Part shown: piece by piece, positions 55,278 through 64,000 of the stretch
Layout of the letters: every line of letters starts with the position of its first letter
How positions within the stretch are numbered: position 1 is the stretch's first letter
From: Phallusia mammillata
Taxonomy: Eukaryota
Assembly: GCA_965637545.1 (NCBI GenBank)
Contig: OZ281497.1
Span: forward strand, 14,384,001 to 14,448,000
Direction of reading: 5' to 3'
Length of the DNA stretch: 64,000 nucleotides
The notes under the pieces: generated by a model
Database searches by the model: none
What the model saw: the letters and a program-made list of their open reading frames with translations, nothing else
Told to the model about the DNA's origin: nothing
Program-made: the position numbers and the translations under genes

Positions 55278-57560
55278 ATGATTCGTGGGAATTCGATTTA
55301 TTGTGTGTGTTTGATTATTCTCACTCAAATATCGGTGTGGGTTCCGATGGGATTGAGTCTTACCGCATTAAACCCGACGGCACCGGTAATACGCGATTTC
55401 GTCAACCAGTCTTTTCTGGTAAGTCAAATACAATGACTAATAAGAACTAGACTAAACCCAATTTAATAAAAGTGTTAATATTACGAAAACATTCTTTAAA
55501 AAACAGGTGGTAGATAAAATGCTTCAGAGGGTATACTTAGCAATTAAGTTTGTTTTTTGTTTTACAGATCAGATTCAACACTTCAGCAACAGAAGAGTTT
55601 ATGTCATTAATTATTACTATGGGTCAATCTTTCCTGATCGCTGGTTCGGCGATTGGAGCAATCTCAGTCAGGTTTTGGATAAATAAATTCAGGTAAATTC
55701 ACACATAACTATTATTAATACATGCATGAAATAAAATGCACCAACTGCTACAGACCCCGAGTTTATTCTTTTTGCAACAGTTCTTTACTATTGTCAAGTT
55801 CGCGGTAAGATGTGCTTGATTAGGCAATGTTTTTATGTTTTTTTTTTAATTTTACACATGAGAGAATTGAAAGTGTTAAAGTAGGTTATACTTTTCGCCG
55901 TATACTGTGATAAGAATTGCCAAATTTCGTGTAACTATAGAGCAAGCCTTATTCTGTCCCGATTGGAGGTTACAGAAGCAGCAAATTCTTTGTGTAATGG
56001 TTGTTCCTTTTTGCCCAATCTTGTGAAATGGGTCAGGTCAATTACACAAAACCAATCACCTAAAACGGTCGTATCAAAAAGCTTTATGAGTAAATCGTCA
56101 TTTTACATTACGTGATTATCTTTCTTTTTTAGTCGAAGAGGAGTGATGACTATTGTCCACGTGGCGTCCCTAGTTTCTGCGATTCTTATGTCGATTGTCG
56201 CTTACTTTTCTAAGTCCTATGAAATCTTGATCTTGGGTCGTTTTATTAACGGACTTGCAAGAGGCGTCGGATTCAACGTTGGTCCTCTCTACGTCGCTGA
56301 AATATGCAGTAGAAAAACATTGGCTTTTTATCAAAGCTCTGTAGGATGGTTACTACTGATAAGTGGAGCAGTGGGAAACGGTTTAGGACATCCTTCAGTC
56401 TTGGGTGGACCAAGTACGTGGCCGATAGTGCTGGGTTTACCGGGGTTCATATCTCTGTTATACCTGCTATGTCTTCCTCGGATTCCCAACACTTTGACGT
56501 GGCTGATAAAGACAGAAGCACTGGCATCAAGCCCAAATTATAACCAATTGTCTCTGAAACTGCTCAAGAGTTTACGAAGTGCTTCTGACGATGTCATAGC
56601 TGAAGAACATGAATGCCTTAAAACAGAAGTCGACATTGATTTGCATGTCGAAAAAGCTTCAATCAAGCAAATATTGTCGATAGGAAAATATCGAAGGCAA
56701 CTAGTGGCTGCCGTTTTTCTCCAGTTTTCCTTTCAGGCTGCTGGAGAACAGGTGGTGTTACAATACACCAACGTGTTACTCGAAGAGACAGGCACAAACC
56801 CGGAACACTTAACTTTCTACACAATAGGTACGTTACCGTAGATAAAATAGTGCTTAATGTCGCATAAAAATCCAGAAACAAAATGTCCAGTCTAGCTTCA
56901 ATTGAAAATTAAACTAATTCATTTGTAGGAATTCTGGTGTTGATGTCGGTCATAACAATTATTGCAACTCCTCTTCTTGGAAGATTTGGTGGTCGAAAGA
57001 TGTTGATATCTGGATTATCTGTGTCCTCAGTTGGAATCTTTTTGCTCATTATATCGTCAATAACAAGCAGATTTATTTCCAGCATGTCATATGTTGGAAT
57101 TGCGGCCATGGTCATTCTTATCGTCGGAATTGCTATTGGTCCATTGTTAACTCTCGCTTCTTTGCCATCGGAGGTTACCAGTCAAATTGTCCGACCAAAT
57201 GCATTATGGCTCAGTGGTGCAGTGTTTTGGGTGTCTGGTGCTGCCATTGCATTTATTGTGCCTTACTCAATCGACGCTTGGGGCGGTTATGCATATTTAC
57301 CCTTCTTTGTTTTGGTTATTTTTGAGGTAGGTCAAAAGTCAATTACTTTTTTATGTACAATTATACGACTTTAAAATCAACCATTTGTGCTATATCTTGC
57401 GCAGATAGTATTCGTCGTGTTCTTCATACCAGAAACATTCCAAAAAACCGCTTCTGAAATCCAGGAGTACTTTGAGAAGGGAAATCATTTTTACAAGAAA
57501 ACTGCTGACACAAATAATGTTTTATTTTATCCAAATGTTCATGTAGAGACAGTCGCATGA
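55278..57560 (+). CDS. SLC2A/GLUT-family transporter, copy B, 504 aa
   Basis: Exons 55278-55418, 55568-55692, 56133-56827, 56929-57326, 57405-57560; same exon lengths as copy A; open frame; about 21 aa differences by manual count. Confidence 0.9.
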
Positions 57561-58128
57561 AATTTTTCATTGGCATTGCGAGAACTCGTAGTTTTCCACG
57601 TTTGTTTTTATTGGTCTTGGTATATTCTATCTTTCTATGTTGGTAAATGTCTTATTTATTTACTTCTGATATTACACATTTTGTGCATTGAAAAGTGTGT
57701 TGTATCTCTTCAATATTATAGTAAGTCCTACCAATCAAAAACTTGCACTGTCAGTTTAACCTGTTTTGTGTCAACGTATCTCTTTACCACAACATATTAT
57801 CTTTTGCGTGTCAATTTGCATGCTATCTTTTGCGTGCCAACACTTTGGGGTCACCTACTGACCTTGACTAGCGGAATATAGAGTGACTTTAAAATGGTTG
57901 TCCTTTAAAAAGTGGATAATCGTTATACAATTGTTATGGTTTGGGACTTTGACGAAATTGTGCTAACCATTCTGATTTTTGCACAACTAACCTAGTTTTA
58001 CTGACGAAAAATGGAAATAAAGCTACCAACTAACGACGGATGGATATAAAGACTCCCAAACATTTGTTTTTGCGTCTCGTTTGACAGAGTTTTTAAACCG
58101 TAATGACGTCATAATACGCCAATAAATG

Positions 58129-58655
58129 CAGGGAGTCGAACCGCTTGTCATATGGGTTCAGGTTCGGTTCGGGTTCACTTGGTTCTGTTTTCAAGGGTTC
58201 GGGTTCAGGTCCGGTTTTTAAAAATGTATATTTTCGGGTTCGGGTTTTGTTCCGGTTTGGGCAAATTATCCGGTCCGAACCGGTTTGCGGTTTTTAAACC
58301 GGTTCAAATTTTTACTCGTTTCAATTTAATTCTACCCATCATCCACCTGGCCTTATCAAACGCCAAAATACTTTTGCCCGTCTGCTGTTATTTTGACACG
58401 CCTTATATGTGTTATCTCGCGTATTCTTCAGTGCGCTGTTTTGAACAAAATATCATAAAATATAAAACAGACTGCATTTTTAATGGTTCGGTTCCGGTTC
58501 AGGTCCAACGCCAAACAAAATATAGGGTTCAACTCCGGTTCGGGTTTTCAGAAAATCGTAAATAGCGGTTCGGGTTCGGGTTCGGTTCGGGTTTAATGAA
58601 ATTAACCGCTCAAACCGGTTCGCGGGTTCGGGTTCAGTTCCGGTTCGACACCCTG
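58129..58655. mobile_element. GGTTCGG-rich hAT-type MITE (527 bp), right copy; same family as 46357-46885
   Basis: TIR CAGGGAGTCGAACC / GGTTCGACACCCTG; exact TSD AATAAATG; empty site at ~46049-46056. Confidence 0.92.
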
Positions 58656-58696
58656 AATAAATGTACTGCTGGTAGTTGCTTTCCCAACATCTAGGC

Positions 58697-59018
58697 CAAA
58701 GGCGGGCAACCTTTTCGCATCCGCGGGCCAAAAAGTAGTGATATAGTGTGGAGGCGGGCCGCATTGATGGTCATGCAATAACATAGCAGTGCTAGGTAAA
58801 GTCAAATACGCAATGATTTGGTCTCTGTACGTAACAATGCCTATTGTTAGTAATAAACTAATAACTATCAACATTTAATGTAACAACTCTTTGGTACAAA
58901 AATGGGATTTTACACATACATTCCTCCCGGTCGATCAAAATAAAACACGTGTCGCGGGCCGCTCAAAAGTTGCTCGCGGGCCGGATGCGGCCCGCGGGCC
59001 GTAGGTTGTCCACCCCTG
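58697..59018. mobile_element. hAT/Buster-type MITE (322 bp), right copy only
   Basis: TIR CAAAGGCGGGCAACC / GGTTGTCCACCCCTG; exact TSD ATCTAGGC; GCGGGCC subterminal motifs. Confidence 0.88.
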
Positions 59019-59489
59019 ATCTAGGCTATTGAAAGCAATAGTCGTTTTGCTTGTCAAGTTAGGGCACATCATTTGCGTCGTAATTGGATTCTGTACCCTT
59101 AATCAGTTTTCACACCGATTTCCAAACTTTTTGAAACCATTTCTCCCGTAAGTAGTTTCAACAAGAACTCAATTGCAAAGCATAAATGGAATTCATGAAA
59201 CGACATTTATTATCGCACACAAAGAGCACCCTAAAGCCAGCGTTATGATGTCCAGTCGCCTATTCAAAATACTAAAATTGAGTGTGGGGCTTACAGCACT
59301 TTCGAGCACAAAACACAATTTAAATCTGTAATTCTTTTTTGTAATTCTAACAATCGCTACCTGATAGTAATTATTTTTTTCTCGTGAAATATGTGTTTTC
59401 TTGTAAATTATCGCTTTGTATAGGCTCGAAAACCGCAGCTTACAATCAAATAAAACGGTTGGTGTAAAAAAATAATTCAAGACGAAAGA

Positions 59490-59911
59490 CGTCACAGATC
59501 AGCTCCAAATTTACTCAACCAGAAAGTTTCGCGCCAGTTCCTTGTGCATCGAGTAATCAAGTCAAATTTTTGCCCCGAAAGAAATGTGCTTGTGTCGTTT
59601 TGTTAATTACTCTGGTAACGTTTCGATGTTTTATTCCCTTTTTCAACTGTGTGGCATCAATGTGTCGGTAAAAAGCATTCTGGCGTGGTCCCATATTAGA
59701 GTGTGAAAAAAGTTAGGAGTAGCAACGATTGGAATTATTCTCTACCGTTGTGCTAATTTATTGTAAGCTAATTACTTTATCAGGGGTATTACACAGTGGT
59801 GATAAAACTAATAAAAGGGTAAAAAATGTAAATTGTTTAAAGTACGTTCCTTAATACTCAAGGTTTAGTTTAGTTTTTGCTGTTTATACTTGTTACTTTA
59901 TTGCATACAAA
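59490..59911 (+). promoter_or_regulatory. NASP promoter/5' region with an E2F-like site TTTCGCGC (59527-59534)
   Basis: Immediately upstream of the NASP ATG; motif match only; retained almost unchanged in the duplicate. Confidence 0.45.
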
Positions 59912-62900
59912 ATGGTTGTTGATTCTGCTGTTGCTACTTCAGTTGAAACAAAACCAGAAAACCAAGAAACAAGGTGATTATCAATAATTCAAAACATACC
60001 TATATAGGAGGGGTTTTCTAATTTAACACTGCTGTAAACCATTTTATTCAGTAATGAAGAGCTTGAAGCGGAATATAATTTAAACATTGCCAATGGCAAA
60101 AAGAATCTTTTGTGTGGAGACTTTCCAGAAGCTGTAGCTTGTTTTCAAGCAGCCTGCTCTCTGCAGTAAGAGATACATTTAATTACCAACCATCTTAACA
60201 TTTGTTTACCAGTTGTTTGAAACTTTAGATCGGAAAGATTTGGAGAAACTTCTCACGAATGTGCGGAAGTGTTTTACCTTTACGGAAGAGCTTTGTTGGA
60301 ACTGGCTAGGGTTGAAAATGGAGTCCTTGGAAATGCATTGAAAGGAGGTTGGTTAACAGACACTGGTGTGTGTTACCAAGTTAAAAATCGAAATCAAAGG
60401 AATTTAGTTTGTCAATGGTTAATAGCCTGAACTGTCTGTCCCTTACTTTTTATAGCTTTTGTATCTTAAATTTTGATTCACTTCTGTACTGTGTTTGGTA
60501 ATGAAAAGTGCTGCTTGTTTTTTTTAGTGCCTGAAACTGAAGACTCTGACTCTGAAACAGAGGAGGCACAATTTGAGAAAACTAAGAAACTGCCTGGTTT
60601 GTACGGGCCACTCTAAAATCTGCAATCTACGCAATCTACGCAATCTACTGACAAAAACTAACTAAGATGTTGACGGTTAGTGCTATTAGGGTCAGGGTGA
60701 CGGTTTGTGATACAATTAACTTTATAATTTAATTTCAGATGCGTTTCAGGTCTAATTTTCTCTACAAGTGTTAACATGCGGTACCATACAGTGTTTAGTA
60801 CCACTCTCAACACATATGAGAATATTAAGCCCAAACTGGACATCTAAAACTAAATTATAGTGTTAATTTTATTATAAACCCTCACCCAGACCCTAAAAGC
60901 CCTAACCGTCAACATTTTTTAAAGGTTGCATACGTTTTATAAGCAGATTGCGTACAGATTGCGTACAGATTGCGTAGATTGCGTAGATTGCGTAGATTGC
61001 GTATTTTAGAGGAGCCCGGTTTGTACTACTAAAATGATAAGCTGGCTATTTATTGCTAAAGGCCATAAAAGGCATAGAGCAATTACAAGATAACATAGTT
61101 TCAGACAATCTACAGTGTATCAACCTACAAGGCTCTTCACCTAACTAAATAGTGTGAACTGTCTGCTGCTAAAATATTTGTGTTGCATCAAAACTGGCAT
61201 TGGAGACACATATAAGTTAGGATTTTAAACTTGGTAACAACTTTCAAGTTATGTATGATTGTACATGTGTTTTTGGTTGGAAGGTGCTCAGCTTTAAGCA
61301 AAGTTTAAAACTTAACAAACTATTTTAATGTAATAAGCAAATGAAAGAGAGCAGCTAAGGCAAGAAGTGGAGGCAGCCATGGCAACTGAGACTGAGGAAG
61401 GGGATGACACCCAAGATGAAAGTGGTGCTGAAGATGTAAAAAATGATGCAGAGAAGAAACCAGAAGAAAAAAATGAAAAAGAAGAAAAAATGGAAACTGA
61501 AGGTTTCCTGCACTTTTTTCTCAAAACTTGCCAAAAGTTATTTCTGCATTACATACAAATTCTCCTTTTCTCACAGCATGGTGTTTAAAATTGCTGGGCA
61601 TCACTTCTGGCCCAACATCAATCATATGTCACTTGAAAGTGGTTTCCTTGTGTTTACACTGTGTGTGTGTTATGCTCACAAAGTGGTTTTTGTGTTTGAA
61701 ATGCACATAAATTGTGTAGAAATATTGTTTTGCAAAATATCTTCATCTTTACTAGCGCAGCTTCAATAGCACGGTTGTTGCATTTTAATCTTTTGCTTTT
61801 GCCAAACAGCTGTTTTTAAGATTGTATGTTTCAGAAAAACCTTTGGAAACGGTTTCTGAAGAGAAGACTGAATCAGGTAAAAGTTTGAAGGGGACACATT
61901 GTTTTTGTCCGTATTTTTTTTTCTTTTTTCTGTCTACTGCTGGTTTGTGAGACGCGTTTGGTCAAGAAAGAGTGCTTCAAATTTATTCAAATTTGGACAG
62001 ATGTTAGTTATTAATCCAAATTTGATCCTCCTGAAGTTTGACCCCGAATAACCCAGTGGTTCCAACAGGCCCCCAAAACATATTTTTTTAAAAACGGCTA
62101 TACTTATTAAAGTACAGCATCTCTGAGTGATGTGCTTTGTTGTTTAGTGCAATATAAGGTATTTCAAAGAATTTTGTATATTTTTTTCGATTCACCCCTT
62201 AAACCCCCAAATATTCATTTCTGTCTAACGCTGGTTTGTTAAATGCGTTTGGTCAAGAAAGAGTGCTTTAAACTTATTCAAATTTGGACAGATGTTAGTT
62301 ATTAATCCAAATTTGATCCTCCTGAAGTTTGACCCCAAACGACCCAGCGGTTCACCCACAGCCCCCCAAAACGAAAAAAAATAAAATGGCTGTACTGACT
62401 AAAGTACATAATCTGAGAGTTTCATGCTTTGTTGGTTGGTGCAATGTAAGGTATTCTAAAGAATTTTGTAACTTTTTATTGGATTCACTTATTTTACCCC
62501 TTAAATCCCCAAATAATAAGTTTTAGGCCAAAAATACAAGCCCTAATGTGCTGAAATGTTAAACAATTGTTTGTAGTAGGTTATTCGTTCAGTATTTAAA
62601 ATTTTGCCTTAATCGGCCAAATAGTTACTTTTACAGCCCATAATATGTGTACACTGTCAAGTCAGATAGAAGTCTCAACTCTCAAGGGAGTAATTCACTT
62701 GTTTACGATTAGGGCGGGTGAAGGCAGCAGCAGTACGCAGCTTGACGTCCAGGCGGACGTTTTACGAGACAGTCACGTCGGCAATTAGAAATCAGCTGTT
62801 TTTGCGCAGCTATGCTATGTCGTTTTATTAATTTATCAAGCACATTTTCAGTTGTGGAAAATTGTGTTTAAAAACTGACCTTGAACGACAATATCAAGGT

Positions 62901-64000
62901 CAAAGCATGAGATTAAATTAAAAAGTATTTTTCCCGTTCTTATTTACTGTTTTTTGTAATTATAATATGACAATAATGATGCAAAAAGAATACGGATAAA
63001 ACTTTTAAAGTTGGGTTATTGCTAATGTTGGTTAAGTTTTTTTCTTAAGAATCTAAAAATAACCAGGACGTTTGTTTACCGTAAATCCACACAAACGCGT
63101 GTGTGGGGACCCATTAGTTTTTGCTTGCAAAAACAATCATATGTGTAGATCAAATGATGTGTATCGTAAATTGGTAAATATTGTATGGAATATATAAAAT
63201 GGAAGTATATAAGAAAGCCACCTTTCTAGTTAAATGTTTTTTTTGGTTATTACAGAAAAAAAAGAAGATGATGCAGGACCGAGTGAGCCAGAAAAAGATC
63301 AACCCAGCACAAAGGCTGAGGATGAAGACCCAGAAGACATTCCTAACATGCAACTAGCCTGGGAAATGTTGGAGTTGGCCAAAGTTCTTTACCAGAAGTA
63401 GGCCAATAACATTTTCATGTCAATCAGGCCCTACACTTCTTTATTCGAAAAACTTTTCTCTTTAGGAAACCCAAGAGTAAAGAAAACAGCTTACATGTTG
63501 CACAATGTCATCTAAAACTGGGTGAACTTGGGTTGGAAATTGAAAACTATTCCCAAGCTATTGGTGACTTTCTTGAATGTCTTGTTTTGCACAAGGTATG
63601 TTGATTTTTAGTTGAACTGTTGTATATCACTGTGATAGAAAGCCAAACCAGATTTTGTTTTTTTGGCACTAAATATACACCACGAAAACAAGCTTTTACA
63701 AAATATTTCTTTTAGGAGTTGCTGGATAAACATGATCGTCGGTTGGCTGAAACCCATTACAGCTTAGGACTGGCATACAGCTTCCATCAACGTTATGACA
63801 ATGCACTTGAGCATTACAATGCAGCTCTTGGTGTTTTGGAAACCAGAATTGGTAAAACACACTAAAAAATGTTTTAATTGTGTCTGTATTTTAGCATGTA
63901 AAATTTAGACAGTTACACACATTTTCACATGCATAGACTTTCTGAATGAGCAAATTGATGAAAATGATCGAAAGAAAGAGAAAAGTGAAGAAACCATCCA
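59912..64000 (+). CDS. NASP: Nuclear autoantigenic sperm protein (H3/H1 histone chaperone, SHNi-TPR), runs off the window end
   Basis: Exons 59912-59973, 60052-60165, 60229-60347, 60528-60596, 61338-61502, 61835-61876, 63256-63397, 63466-63595, 63716-63851, 63937->64000. [34 protein letters not shown], acidic insert, [40 protein letters not shown]. Confidence 0.95.
60605..61017. mobile_element. Foldback/Mutator-like MITE (413 bp) in NASP intron 4
   Basis: TIR GGGCCACTCTAAAAT / ATTTTAGAGGAGCCC extended by tandem GCAATCTAC units plus an inner inverted repeat; exact 9-bp TSD GGTTTGTAC (60596-60604, 61018-61026). Confidence 0.88.
61931..62513. repeat. Two tandem ~290-bp units in NASP intron 6, part of a dispersed repeat whose end (GAAGGGGACAC..TTGTTTTTGTCCGTATTTT, 61887) recurs at 25118
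   Basis: 61931-62221 aligns with 62222-62513. Confidence 0.75.

Larger units (their letters stand above)
51016..60025 (+). repeat. Tandem segmental duplication, right copy
   Basis: See the left copy; begins directly after an A-rich run (51000-51015). Confidence 0.92.

Noticed and set aside
51016-60025. Pure assembly artefact (second haplotype placed in tandem)
   Set aside because: Not favoured, because the PTP part of the right copy and the NASP part of the left copy carry inactivating deletions and a unique spacer separates them. It cannot be fully excluded without read data.

Overview
This is eukaryotic, intron-rich, AT-rich invertebrate-chordate DNA, most likely a tunicate/ascidian (inferred from intron sizes and protein similarity). 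All host genes are on the + strand. (1) A complete LAR-family (type IIa; PTPRF/PTPRD/PTPRS pro-orthologue) receptor tyrosine phosphatase, CDS 2023-32931: 37 constitutive exons, ~1966 aa, signal peptide, 3 Ig, 8 FN3, polybasic cleavage site, TM, PTP D1 and D2. By-eye intron reading found two 9-nt microexon candidates at the positions of vertebrate mini-exons meB (18519-18527) and meD (28499-28507). It also found a 54-nt candidate cassette at the meC position and a candidate alternative signal-peptide first exon that would skip Ig1. (2) A tandem segmental duplication of [PTP 3' end - SLC2A/GLUT-like transporter - NASP 5' end], left copy ~29294-47610 and right copy ~51016-60025. It leaves two intact, atypical GLUT-like genes, a decayed PTP fragment with a near-intact 3'UTR, and an orphan NASP promoter plus exon 1. 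(3) A nest of hAT (Buster/Charlie) transposons at 35646-41560 and several MITEs with exact target-site duplications, many specific to one copy. (4) The 5' part of the histone chaperone NASP (59912 to window end). No rRNA, intact tRNA or CRISPR array is supported. All calls were made by manual reading without database searches.
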